The translations under genes were made by a program, and so were the position numbers. Source: Candidatus Thalassarchaeum sp. (GTDB lineage Archaea > Thermoplasmatota > Poseidoniia > Poseidoniales > Thalassarchaeaceae). From it: a stretch of 36,558 nt of DNA. The notes under the pieces were generated by a model. That model was not told the origin of the DNA, searched no databases, and saw only the letters and a list, made by a program, of their open reading frames with translations. The stretch is taken from contig CBFHQW010000003.1 in NCBI GenBank assembly GCA_965658085.1, forward strand, positions 1-36,558, given 5' to 3'. Of this stretch, positions 24,759-33,764 are shown in pieces; positions within the stretch are counted from its first letter, which is position 1; each line of letters opens with the position of its first letter.

Positions 24759-26450
24759 TCACTCGAGCCGCTTGATTCCAGGAAGCGGGTGCGGGTCGCC
24801 CTTGGATGATGTTCTTCTGAGTTGCGAGAACCTGAGTCCATCTTCCTGTTCAGGCAGTTGAGTGGGCCCACTCTCTCCTCCACCCGATACCCTGTTCACG
24901 AGATGGTCTAATGCGTCCTGTGCTGAATGGGGGTGAGGTGCCCGCGACTCTCTCGCTCTGCCAGCCACATCCGCCTGGTGATCTTGGTCACTGCGAAGAC
25001 GGTTGTGCTGAAAGGTCTGAAACCTAGCCCCTGACTGTACTTCCTCTCCGTCTCCATCTCCATATTCAGAAGCGTAAGAGTCGGTGGTTCTGCCAGTCGC
25101 CCGAGCCGCCGAACCTAGTAGGGCACTAATCCAACTGGCCCTTCTACGTGGAACCTTCCTACTACTGGTTTTGACTCTGCCCGAACTCATCGACTTGGCG
25201 ATTCTAGATAGTCCCGGCAATCCCTCAAGACTCGAGACATCGAGCGCAGACGGGGATATCTCACCGCTAGTCAGCAGCGCCTGCTTGGCGCGTGCCTGCT
25301 TGACGACGCCGGGTCGACATTCCTCTCGTATCGCTGCCTCAGTGGGGGCTGGCAGGCCGGGTCCGGAGTAGGGGCCTGAGGTCCCAAACCTATTTTGAGC
25401 CCGCCTAATCAACTGCGAGCTGGTCGGTTCACGTTCGGAAGCAGGAGGCCCTACAGCGTTGATGTAGGTCTCAGAAGAAGCATAGCTTGTTGCAGGTGTG
25501 ACGGAACCTGAGGGAGGAGGGGTTGTGGGTGGTGAGTAATTAGTCGCAGGTTCAGCATCGAATATGCCGCCCTCGCCGAACATACTGCCCATACCATCAG
25601 CAGCCTCACCTAGTGCCGAATCTATCCTGCTGCCAACCGGCTTTTCTTCGTACCATGAGGGAGCCTCATCTTTCCCCCATGCTCTCTCGTAAGCCGAGCG
25701 AGCATCCTCCTGAGGAGATGGAGACGGCTCGTAACTTGGGAATGATTCTGTAGGAATTTTGTCTTCCCACGGGAAAAGCGACGCAGTCTCAACTACCACA
25801 GGTGCTGAAGGAGTAGGTGGCGGGGGGGCAGCGAAACCGTCGAACAACAAATCTTCTACTGGCTCTGACTCAACACTGAGCGGCAAATCTTCCTCAGGTG
25901 CAGCCAGCAGGCCCTTTGGTTCTGGCAGCCCACCCCCTGCGTCTCTGAAAGCGGGGTAGCTCGACAGTTCCGCATCGATGTGCTCAAGCCCTCTGCGAGC
26001 TTCATCTATCGAATTGCCGTGGCGGACTCTATCGACCATCAGGCACAGCCTGAGCAGTATTCCTTCGCTGCCAGATACGATATGTCGGTCCCCTGCCTCT
26101 GTCTCGATGGCAAGGCCCGAGGTCCTGGATAACACGTATCCTAGGAGCGTCAGAGATCCTCCCGCTGTTGCCACTATGGCGTAAGGCGGCATCAGGACAT
26201 TCATGCCGAGATAGATTGCCAACAACCCAATGGGAACGGTGCCCGATGGAAACATCGGGAACTTCATGTGTCGCATTCTTGAAATCGAACCTAGGGATAG
26301 TCGGATTCCATGTCCGTCGAACCTCTCCAGCGTTAGCTGACGCTTAGTGAGGACCGCTACGAACCTACCTCCAGACCCAACCAGACTCAGATTGCCGAAC
26401 AGTTCCGACTTCTCCTCATCTCGGTCGGGCGTTAACCCGACTGAATACAT
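24759..26450 (-). CDS. Hypothetical membrane protein with a long Pro/Ser/Glu-rich, probably disordered, C-terminal region
   Basis: 563 aa. The N-terminal ~170 aa are structured, with two adjacent hydrophobic helices (PIGLLAIYLGMNVLMPPYAIVATAGGSLTLLGYVL). The remaining ~380 aa are low-complexity (PPPPTPSAP, PPTTPPPSGS). No family motif recognised. Confidence 0.55.
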   Translation of the reverse strand: MYSVGLTPDRDEEKSELFGNLSLVGSGGRFVAVLTKRQLTLERFDGHGIRLSLGSISRMRHMKFPMFPSGTVPIGLLAIYLGMNVLMPPYAIVATAGGSLTLLGYVLSRTSGLAIETEAGDRHIVSGSEGILLRLCLMVDRVRHGNSIDEARRGLEHIDAELSSYPAFRDAGGGLPEPKGLLAAPEEDLPLSVESEPVEDLLFDGFAAPPPPTPSAPVVVETASLFPWEDKIPTESFPSYEPSPSPQEDARSAYERAWGKDEAPSWYEEKPVGSRIDSALGEAADGMGSMFGEGGIFDAEPATNYSPPTTPPPSGSVTPATSYASSETYINAVGPPASEREPTSSQLIRRAQNRFGTSGPYSGPGLPAPTEAAIREECRPGVVKQARAKQALLTSGEISPSALDVSSLEGLPGLSRIAKSMSSGRVKTSSRKVPRRRASWISALLGSAARATGRTTDSYASEYGDGDGEEVQSGARFQTFQHNRLRSDQDHQADVAGRARESRAPHPHSAQDALDHLVNRVSGGGESGPTQLPEQEDGLRFSQLRRTSSKGDPHPLPGIKRLE

Positions 26451-26501
26451 CCCAATGCGTCAGCAACTCCGATTGGCTATAACTGCTCGGGGTGCTGAGC
26501 G

Positions 26502-26528
26502 CTCGCGCGCGCCCCTTACGCGCACGAG
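26502..26528 (-). other. GC-rich imperfect inverted repeat (CTCGCGCGCG-N7-CGCGCACGAG) just downstream of the EF-Tu-like gene
   Basis: 9 of 10 positions pair. It starts 5 nt after the stop at 26533 on the minus strand. No T-tract follows, so a terminator role is uncertain. Confidence 0.3.
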
Positions 26529-26532
26529 AGAC

Positions 26533-27621
26533 TCATACCGAGGCCATTTCTGAGGCAATACCCATGATGCGCATCGGCACAGCATCGAGATGAACTATCA
26601 AAATGGGTCCAGTACCTCGTTTTCTCAGTAAAAGAGGAGACTCCCAGTCAATTAATACAGAGTCTTCCTCGACTTCTCTGACTCTTCCGACATTGAACTG
26701 TAGGTCTACGGCGGCGTGGACTACATCGTCCAGTGATAATTCACGCTTCTGAAACGGGGCCCCGATTAACCTGAAACGTGACGATTCATGACTTTCTATG
26801 GTATCTGAATCTTGGTGCACTATCATACAGCCCTTGTGTAAAGACTCTTCCTTGAGATTCCGCAATGCTAGGCCGACCCTGTCGCCAGTAACCGCAGTGT
26901 CCACATCATCGTCCATCACTTGTAGACTTCTGACTATGCCGAAATCTCCTGCAGGATGAGATTCGATAGCATCGTGCTTACTGACTGAACCTGACTGTAC
27001 ATATCCAATGCCCACCAGTCCTATTCCTTGAACGACGAAATGCTGATCGATAGGAATCACAAGTGCCTCTGAAACTGAGTTTCTCTCCACGCTCAAGAAT
27101 TTGAGTAGAGTCTCTCTGATATCGTGAGAATCAGGATTCCCTTCCAAGACGGTCCAGGGCAAACCTGCTTGAGATAAAATCACCCTGACCTGATCGGGAT
27201 CTACCCAACCACCGTCTTCTGGATTGATGACTACTATTCCATCTGTGATTCCCGCGCATCCGAAGGATACCAAGATCTCTCCAAGAGCAGCATCCACTTT
27301 AGTAATCTCGACTAATCCTGCCTTGGCGACATTCAACACAGATAACAACGGGCGAATACTATCGGGGAACTTGAGGGGACGGAGCAATGAGATGATGCGA
27401 GTTTCACTATCGATTATCTCCTTGTACACATATGACTCGATATCACGAACGTCTCCAAGCTTAGCGATACTTCGAGCTAATTCTTCCGAACCTACGTATC
27501 CAACGTTTAGGACAGGCACGCGCCCGCGAACGGACTGAACTTGTTGAACCGAACGGTCGCTAACATCATCCCATGGCGTCGCGGGCAGCTTGAGCTCTAG
27601 TCCAGAGATCTTTCTCCTCAT
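26533..27621 (-). CDS. EF-Tu/SelB-like translational-GTPase homolog with degenerate G motifs
   Basis: Domain II is recognisable: PIDQHFVVQGIGLVGIGYVQSGSVSKHD...IVRSLQVMDDDVDTAVTGDRVGLALRNL. In the G domain, G1 reads VGYVGSEELA instead of GHVDHGKS/T. There is no DxPGH (RPLKFPD in its place). G4 reads TKVD. An alternative GTG start at 27519 would remove the 56-nt overlap with the upstream gene. Confidence 0.55.
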   Translation of the reverse strand: MRRKISGLELKLPATPWDDVSDRSVQQVQSVRGRVPVLNVGYVGSEELARSIAKLGDVRDIESYVYKEIIDSETRIISLLRPLKFPDSIRPLLSVLNVAKAGLVEITKVDAALGEILVSFGCAGITDGIVVINPEDGGWVDPDQVRVILSQAGLPWTVLEGNPDSHDIRETLLKFLSVERNSVSEALVIPIDQHFVVQGIGLVGIGYVQSGSVSKHDAIESHPAGDFGIVRSLQVMDDDVDTAVTGDRVGLALRNLKEESLHKGCMIVHQDSDTIESHESSRFRLIGAPFQKRELSLDDVVHAAVDLQFNVGRVREVEEDSVLIDWESPLLLRKRGTGPILIVHLDAVPMRIMGIASEMASV

Positions 27622-28042
27622 TGGTCACAGGCGAGAACTGGGGAACACTTGTCGGCTGCATATCTGAGTCGACCGCCACCATGAAAAAGAAACCCGAGCA
27701 AATCTCCTCTCCTTCCCACGCCGAGCGTGATAGCCTGCACGATACCACGTGAACTCCAGTGGTATGGGGCGAGGTCCAGACCACTTTGGAGGTGGTGCGA
27801 ATGATGTCCCCCTGGTAAGCCGGTCTACGGAATTTGAGGGAGTCGACAGAGACGGTTACGAACTCACTGTGTGCGAACTTGCTTGAGACCATCCCGGCTG
27901 CGGTGTCCATGATTGACATCAGACGTCCCCCATACAGCGTATCCATCGAGTTGGTGTGCCCTGGAAAGACCTCATTCAGCAGTACGACGGGCTCGAGAGA
28001 GTGGGGTTCAGACATCTTTCTCATTCGCTCTTGAGAGCCCAC
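27566..28042 (-). CDS. Acyl-CoA thioesterase (hotdog fold, YciA/BFIT type)
   Basis: 158 aa. VFPGHTNSMDTLYGGRLMSIMDTAAGM is the typical acyl-CoA hydrolase N-terminal motif. Confidence 0.8.
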   Translation of the reverse strand: MGSQERMRKMSEPHSLEPVVLLNEVFPGHTNSMDTLYGGRLMSIMDTAAGMVSSKFAHSEFVTVSVDSLKFRRPAYQGDIIRTTSKVVWTSPHTTGVHVVSCRLSRSAWEGEEICSGFFFMVAVDSDMQPTSVPQFSPVTNEEKDLWTRAQAARDAMG

Positions 28043-28128
28043 CCCCCTTCAATCCTACATTTCAGCAATCTTCTCCGAATCGGTTCTTTGACCGTTGTCT
28101 TCAATCGAGAGAGGCCGCTCGCAGAGCT

Positions 28129-28929
28129 GTGGAAGTGCCCCAGCTACGTTGGAATCCAACTGCCTTAGACGACCCAGACGGCGGACGCATAGTATTGTGG
28201 CCGCACCTGCCATGCGTCCGCACGCCGTCGTCATTGAGGTATAGGGAAACGTGGGACGGACTCGCACTTCTGTTCAGTCTGAGTGATCTCAGTGGATGGC
28301 GACAGGACGAGGAGCAGGACATAGAGAGTCCGGGCGTACACATCGAGGCGGCCATCGCTTCTGGCACTGTGCTTGGTCGGCTGATGAAAGACCTGCAAGA
28401 GTACGAGGTCGACGGACCGAAGATTCCCGATCCGGAGCAGGTCCGACTGCTGCTGCATGCCGACAACGCGAGGGGAGGGATGCCGATCTACGCGATTGAG
28501 CCGGAGCTAGATGATGCCGATTGGGCTAATTGGTTTGAAAGGAGCGCTGACGAACAGTCGCGCGTGACTAACCTTCTCTCAACTCTGACCACCTCGCGAC
28601 GCTGGCGCAAGACCCGCTCTGCGGCTGCAAGAATGGTCGAGATGTCGAAGGGTGTGAACCCGGACATGGGCGCAGCAGCAGCATCTTGTGCGACTTGGTG
28701 GATTGAAGAGCAAGGAGCACTGACCGCAGGGCTACTTTCCGAGCGCAACAGCCGCTTTGCGGCCCGTTTACGCGGCGCCCTCGCAGATTTGAGGAACAGT
28801 AGGGTTGATGATGCGAAGGCATCTGACTGCACCCTACTGGTACCAGTCCACCAAGCCTGGCTGCCCTCCTTGGAGGCAGCAGTCAGGGCCTGGCCGGACG
28901 CAGAACCGGTTAGTAAGGAGGAGCGATGA
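28129..28929 (+). CDS. Hypothetical protein (weak TraB/GumN-like C-terminal motif)
   Basis: The track ORF 27913..28929 overlaps the divergent thioesterase 5' end. I placed the start at the in-frame GTG at 28129 (the GTG at 28135 and TTG at 28195 are also possible). LSERNSRFAARLRGAL resembles the ERN/ERD motif of the TraB/GumN family. ATGA couples it to the next gene. Confidence 0.4.
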   Translation: MEVPQLRWNPTALDDPDGGRIVLWPHLPCVRTPSSLRYRETWDGLALLFSLSDLSGWRQDEEQDIESPGVHIEAAIASGTVLGRLMKDLQEYEVDGPKIPDPEQVRLLLHADNARGGMPIYAIEPELDDADWANWFERSADEQSRVTNLLSTLTTSRRWRKTRSAAARMVEMSKGVNPDMGAAAASCATWWIEEQGALTAGLLSERNSRFAARLRGALADLRNSRVDDAKASDCTLLVPVHQAWLPSLEAAVRAWPDAEPVSKEER

Positions 28930-29456
28930 TGGAGGAAGGGAGGATAGTGGTCGGAATCGAGACTCAGACCTTCAGATTCACACCTTCTTCGCCGATTAAT
29001 CATCACGATGCAGTGTCTCTAGCTGGTGGGACGGTGAGCGGCCCCTATGTCGTAGTCAGTCATGAGCAGCCTCGTGCCACTTTCATCATCGAGCCAGATG
29101 GTTCTGTACTTGTGCATGGCATCGCAAGGACCGAAGTCGCAAGGATTGCAATGCAGGAGCTATTGCTGACTCTTGGAATGTCAGAGGAGAACCTGACAAT
29201 GGAGATGGGAGGGATGTTAATCAGATTCTCAATCGGCAGGGCGGTGATGTTGAATCTCGCCGTAGATAGATTCGCTGATATCGAGATCGACGACAGACTG
29301 GGTGCCCTGAGAATCAATGCCACTCTGCACAACGCACAGATCCTGATGTTCAACAACGGCCACGGCATCGTACTGGGCCAGTCCTCGAAGAAAATTGCCG
29401 AGATGGCTGTGCGCCATTGGGTCAGTCTTCTCGACGAAGAAGGAGCCCTAGCGTGA
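28926..29456 (+). CDS. Hypothetical two-repeat protein, possibly TBP-like fold
   Basis: 176 aa with an internal duplication. Each half ends with a hydrophobic strand, G, a hydrophobic strand, G, then a helix: FIIEPDGSVLVHGIARTEVARIAMQELLLTLG and ILMFNNGHGIVLGQSSKKIAEMAVRHWVSLLDEEG. This is reminiscent of the lIFsSGKiVcTGAks...l..lG ends of TBP repeats. Confidence 0.35.
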   Translation: MMEEGRIVVGIETQTFRFTPSSPINHHDAVSLAGGTVSGPYVVVSHEQPRATFIIEPDGSVLVHGIARTEVARIAMQELLLTLGMSEENLTMEMGGMLIRFSIGRAVMLNLAVDRFADIEIDDRLGALRINATLHNAQILMFNNGHGIVLGQSSKKIAEMAVRHWVSLLDEEGALA

Positions 29457-29460
29457 GACC

Positions 29461-30351
29461 ATGTTGTTGGATGGGCGCTGGACAGGCCCCATCCTCGATC
29501 AGCACATGCACCTCGATCGCTCCAATAGGTTCCTCGAAGCAGTCTCAGAATTCACCCTTGCCGGTGGCACCGGGATTATGCTAGTCCACAAACCCAATTT
29601 CTCCTCGGACTTACCTACAGATTTAGACGGCTATCGGGCAGCCTATTCGGGCACTCTTAGTATGGCTGAGGAAGTGAGGGCTGCATACGGGATCGAAGTG
29701 GGAGTCGTACTTGGCCCACACCCTGTTGTCTGGGAGCATCAGATTGTGCCGCTTGGCCTCAAGAGGGCGACAGAACTTCACCTTGAAGCAGTAAGCCTCG
29801 CGCTTGACCACATAGAAGCAGGAGACGCGTTTTGTCTCGGCGAGGTAGGGAGGCCGCACTATCAGGTCTCGGATGAGATTTGGAGCTCTGCCAACGAGAT
29901 GCTCAGAGAGGTCATGGCCATGGCCGCCGGAGTTGGAACTTCGATACAACTGCATGTTGAGGACAACGGTGAGACTACTTGTCGAGAACTCGCAACTCTG
30001 TGTGACGAGGCAGGACTTGCTCGCAACAGGGCGATTCGACACTACGCTCCCGCTAACGTCGGCGCCAACTTCACACACGGTCTCGCCGCGACCGTGAGCG
30101 TTGGCAGAGGGAGTGTGGAGGCCATCACCGCTACCGCTGCCAGTGCCAACGCCCCATGGGGGATGGAGACCGACTTCCTCGATGATCCGCGAAGACCTGG
30201 CGCGGTTCTTGGCCCCAAGACCGTGCCTAAGCGTACGCAGCAACTGTGCACCGCTTTACAGGCAGCCGATTGGGATGATGATAAGGTGAGTGAGTTGATG
30301 AATAGCATCCACAATGAGTGGCCATCACAGCTTTACTCAGTAGGCAACTGA
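29461..30351 (+). CDS. TatD-related metal-dependent hydrolase
   Basis: 296 aa. It has an N-terminal LDQHMHLD (HxH), a mid-protein IQLHVED, and a C-terminal METDFLDDP matching the TatD ETDaPyl motif. It starts 5 nt after the previous gene. Confidence 0.65.
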   Translation: MLLDGRWTGPILDQHMHLDRSNRFLEAVSEFTLAGGTGIMLVHKPNFSSDLPTDLDGYRAAYSGTLSMAEEVRAAYGIEVGVVLGPHPVVWEHQIVPLGLKRATELHLEAVSLALDHIEAGDAFCLGEVGRPHYQVSDEIWSSANEMLREVMAMAAGVGTSIQLHVEDNGETTCRELATLCDEAGLARNRAIRHYAPANVGANFTHGLAATVSVGRGSVEAITATAASANAPWGMETDFLDDPRRPGAVLGPKTVPKRTQQLCTALQAADWDDDKVSELMNSIHNEWPSQLYSVGN

Positions 30352-30533
30352 AGTCTAGGGGAAATCACCATTGCTGCCCCTATCCCGAACAGCAGAAGAG
30401 TCAGCACAAAACCTTGGAATTCTCCCAACGGAATTTTGTATCCTAGTTCCGAAAGTCCCATTCTCCACAAGGGCCCATTAATCGGCATGAAGAGGAGCAT
30501 CAGCACGATTCCAAACTTCTGTCGAGTCTGCAT
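30333..30533 (-). CDS. Possible small two-helix membrane protein
   Basis: The track ORF 30333..30686 overlaps tRNA-Gly. Only the part from the ATG at 30533 (MQTRQKFGIVLMLLFMPING...FVLTLLLFGIGAAMVI) is plausible. No SD was checked. It has a 19-nt convergent overlap with the TatD-like gene. Confidence 0.3.
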   Translation of the reverse strand: MQTRQKFGIVLMLLFMPINGPLWRMGLSELGYKIPLGEFQGFVLTLLLFGIGAAMVISPRLQLPTE

Positions 30534-30582
30534 GTGTGTTTGACAGAGGTCCAGTAAATGAACTGAACGCAGGAGGTTATGA

Positions 30583-30659
30583 TGGTGCGCCCGCCGGGAT
30601 TTGAACCCAGGATATGAGGTTGGAAACCTCAGGTGATAACCAGACTTCACTACAGGCGC
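30583..30659 (-). tRNA. tRNA-Gly (anticodon UCC), CCA encoded
   Basis: The reverse complement folds as acceptor GCGCCTG/CGGGCGC (one G.U), D stem GTGA/TCAC, anticodon stem TGAGG/CCTCA with loop TTTCCAA, and T arm CTGGG-TTCAAAT-CCCGG, then A-CCA. Confidence 0.85.
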
Positions 30660-30752
30660 GCTGAGCCTCCGTACCGAGGTACCCACTAAACCGATTCGGT
30701 GGGAAAATTACCAGAGTGAAGCATTCAAACGCGTCCCTCCTACCGGAGGGAC

Positions 30753-32645
30753 GTGTCACAGGACGACGATACCACCGCTCCTGGTATAGCAATCAGCAAG
30801 GATGCCTCTGACACCGTCGACGAGAAGCAGGTCGTCGGTCGTAAGATATGGCGAATAGTGCCCTATATCAAGCGCTATTGGAGGCGCGCTGTCGGGGGTT
30901 TTGTTGCTAACGCAGCGGCCCGAGCATTCGATTTGATTCCATTCGTGATGATTGGAGCAGCAGCGGATTGGTATCAGAGTAAGACGTTCACAAATTCCAC
31001 ACTCAAGTCCATGGTAAATTCGGAGCATTTACCTTCGTTAGGCCCTATTGGATCCATAGAGCTTGGATTCGGTCTGCTAATCCTAGTATCATTCGCATTC
31101 CTTGCTGTCTTTCAAGGAATCAGCGAGTACCTCTGGCAGTCCACTGCATACAAGGTCCAGCACGATATCCGGATGGAGGCGACGACTAGTCTCATGGCAA
31201 TGGAGGCATCTTACTTCGAGACTAGGCAGACGGGGAATCTGATGGCTGTTCTATCTGCAGATGTGGCCCAGTTAGAGGACATAGTATCCGACTCATCGAC
31301 CTCGATAATTCGAATTTTAATTACTTTCACCACGGCTTTCGCCATCATGTACTGGATGTCCCCTACTTTGGCCCTCATTCTCTTCATCCCACTGACCCTA
31401 GTGATTCCCATGGTAATTTGGTTCAGTACGCGTGTGCAACGGCGCTATCGGAAACAGCGTGAGAGCACAGGAGGAATAGTCGCAATCCTCGAAAACGTGC
31501 TGGCAGGAATCGTTACCGTTCAGGCCTACAATGCAGGTGATTTCGAGCGTTCTCGCGTTGAGGGAGAGAGTGCTGAATACCGTGATCAGGCCATCCACGC
31601 TGCCAACCTGCGCAACCGATTCATTCCGGGAATCTACGTTGTTGCAGGCCTGTCATTCGGCCTACTGGTCTCTGCAGGAGGTTGGCTTATGGAGTCTGGA
31701 GAGATATCTGTTGGTCAATTTGTCACGTTCCTTTTGATCAGCACCAGGATGACGATGCCCATGTTCATTTTGGGGATGCTTCTGAATCAACTCCAGAGGG
31801 GAGAGGCAGCCTCCAAGCGAGTGTTCGCATTGATAGACCTCGAGCCCTCGATATTTGATAGACCAGATGCTATCCCTCTCGACGGCCCGATTCGCTCGAT
31901 TTCGTTCGACGACGTCACCTTCGCCTATCCATCATCGGAGGCCAACGTGCTCAATGGCATCTCGTTCTCCGCATCATCAGGAGAGTTCCTCGGAGTTATG
32001 GGACACACCGGTGCTGGAAAAAGTACAATTCTAAAGTTAGTTGAAAGATTCTACGAACCTCAAAACGGCACGGTGAAAATCAACGGCATAGACATCAACG
32101 ACTACGCCATTGAGTCAGTTCGAGATAGAATCGGCTTCGTATCCCAAGACCCTTTCATGTTCTATGGAGATGTGAAATCCAATGTCTCCTATGCCCGCGA
32201 GGCCTCGGACGAGGAAATAAGGAAGGCGCTTGAGACCGCAGGTGCATGGGACTTCGTCTCCCGACTCTCTGACGGCATCGACACGTTGGTAGGCGACCGT
32301 GGTGTTATGTTGTCCGGAGGGCAGAGGGCCCGTATCGCACTAGCTCGAGCCTTACTCAAGAGCCCAGACCTACTCATTCTTGACGAGGCCTCAGCAGCTC
32401 TCGACGCCGAGACTGAGAAGCGCATACAGATGTCACTCTTTGATGGCTCAAACGGAGATTCGAATAGAATCACCATCGCTGTCGCCCACCGACTTGCGAC
32501 CATACGCAAGGCCGATGAGATAGTGGCTATGGTAGATGGTGTGATTGTTGAACGCGGTACTCACCGAGAACTCCTAGACAATGACAACGTGTACGCATCG
32601 CAGTGGCTGATTCAGACTGGTGAACTAGGTGTGACAGAGGCCTAG
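30753..32645 (+). CDS. ABC exporter, fused permease and ATPase (MsbA/MdlB-like)
   Basis: 630 aa. The N-terminal region has six hydrophobic segments. The C-terminal NBD has Walker A GHTGAGKST, signature LSGGQRARIALARAL and Walker B LLILDEA. Confidence 0.9.
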   Translation: MSQDDDTTAPGIAISKDASDTVDEKQVVGRKIWRIVPYIKRYWRRAVGGFVANAAARAFDLIPFVMIGAAADWYQSKTFTNSTLKSMVNSEHLPSLGPIGSIELGFGLLILVSFAFLAVFQGISEYLWQSTAYKVQHDIRMEATTSLMAMEASYFETRQTGNLMAVLSADVAQLEDIVSDSSTSIIRILITFTTAFAIMYWMSPTLALILFIPLTLVIPMVIWFSTRVQRRYRKQRESTGGIVAILENVLAGIVTVQAYNAGDFERSRVEGESAEYRDQAIHAANLRNRFIPGIYVVAGLSFGLLVSAGGWLMESGEISVGQFVTFLLISTRMTMPMFILGMLLNQLQRGEAASKRVFALIDLEPSIFDRPDAIPLDGPIRSISFDDVTFAYPSSEANVLNGISFSASSGEFLGVMGHTGAGKSTILKLVERFYEPQNGTVKINGIDINDYAIESVRDRIGFVSQDPFMFYGDVKSNVSYAREASDEEIRKALETAGAWDFVSRLSDGIDTLVGDRGVMLSGGQRARIALARALLKSPDLLILDEASAALDAETEKRIQMSLFDGSNGDSNRITIAVAHRLATIRKADEIVAMVDGVIVERGTHRELLDNDNVYASQWLIQTGELGVTEA

Positions 32646-33727
32646 CCTCTAGTCCGATCATCTATTTGGAGGCCTGAGTTTCCAGTGAATATCCTCCCCC
32701 AACCTCGAAGCACACCCATTCCATAATTCCAATGTAGAACAAAAGTGGTGATTGAGGATAGGAACACTGTCTTGGGAGTCCGGCAAGGTGAGCTGCCCTT
32801 GGCAGCGCCGTACCAAGCAATCACATTGTACAGTAAGATCAGGGAGGGCAGGGTGTGAACTCCAAATCTTGGCCAACCCATTGGAACGGCATCAAGGGAG
32901 ATGTCCCACCAAGGCGAGCCTATTCCCCCATTGAACAGTCCCCAGAAGAAGAATGCAAATGCCGCTATCACAATTGGAGGGAACATAGCTACTGCTCCAT
33001 GACTCCAAGCCCTCAACTCGTGATGCTCATGGCTGGCTAGGCTTCTGACCAGTCCGTAGTTTCGAATCTGCTTCTTGACTCTCGACAGGTCGCGCCTACG
33101 GTGCCACATCACTGCTTCCGGATCTGTCCAAAGTCGATGTCCGGCCTGTTTTATCCTGTGGTCTAGAATCACATCTTCAGCACCGATGCACCCCGTTGGG
33201 AATCCACCAATATCCGCAAGGACAGAACGGCGATAGGCTGAGTTCACCCCCGGTAATTGCTCGACCTCTTCGAGCCCACCTTCTCCTCTCCTGCCGTAGT
33301 TGGTTCCAGCAGTGAATATCTTGCTGCAGAAGCTGACGTCGATAATCTGCTGCTGTAGCGTCGAGCTCTCTGGGGGTGCGAAGTTCGGACCACCTACACC
33401 TGCGACTTCGGTACGCTTGAACCAGCGGGCCAGCTTTTCTACCCATTCCTTGGGTACGATGACATCGTCATCGGTGAACATCACCAAATCGGATTCAGTC
33501 GAATCAAGTGCGATGTTGCAGGCATCAGCGCGAGTGCGTGAGCCTGCATCGTCGATGAATCGAAGACCTCTGGATTCAGCCTGCTGTCTGCCCAAATCTC
33601 CACTCGGTCCGACCACTACGACCTCAAGTGGGCCATAGTATGTCTGGGTCATCAGGCCGTCAAGTGCAATGCCAAGTTCGTCCGCATTGCCGACGCTCGG
33701 GATTACAACGCAGACAGAGCGGCCCAT
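32642..33727 (-). CDS. Family 2 glycosyltransferase with C-terminal transmembrane helices
   Basis: Blocks VVIPSVGNADEL, FTDDDVIVPKEW (DxD) and GAEDV. The C-terminal part has hydrophobic segments. Confidence 0.8.
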   Translation of the reverse strand: MGRSVCVVIPSVGNADELGIALDGLMTQTYYGPLEVVVVGPSGDLGRQQAESRGLRFIDDAGSRTRADACNIALDSTESDLVMFTDDDVIVPKEWVEKLARWFKRTEVAGVGGPNFAPPESSTLQQQIIDVSFCSKIFTAGTNYGRRGEGGLEEVEQLPGVNSAYRRSVLADIGGFPTGCIGAEDVILDHRIKQAGHRLWTDPEAVMWHRRRDLSRVKKQIRNYGLVRSLASHEHHELRAWSHGAVAMFPPIVIAAFAFFFWGLFNGGIGSPWWDISLDAVPMGWPRFGVHTLPSLILLYNVIAWYGAAKGSSPCRTPKTVFLSSITTFVLHWNYGMGVLRGWGRIFTGNSGLQIDDRTRG

Positions 33728-33764
33728 GGCCCACCGTCCTAGTTCGACCTCAAGAGTTCACGGG

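Noticed and set aside
27913-28128. N-terminal 72 codons of the track ORF 27913..28929
   Set aside because: This part overlaps the 5' end of the divergent thioesterase gene by 130 nt and has a Pro/Ser-rich non-protein-like composition. An in-frame GTG at 28129 gives a non-overlapping gene.
28488-30243. Minus-strand ORFs 28488-29006 (172 aa), 29060-29368 (102 aa) and 29623-30243 (206 aa)
   Set aside because: They are antisense to the coupled plus-strand operon, which has recognisable TatD motifs. They show Ser/Arg/Ala-rich antisense-type composition.
30534-30686. N-terminal third of the track ORF 30333..30686
   Set aside because: It is occupied by the well-folded tRNA-Gly(UCC) gene on the same strand. 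Only the distal part from the ATG at 30533 could be coding, and that too is low confidence.
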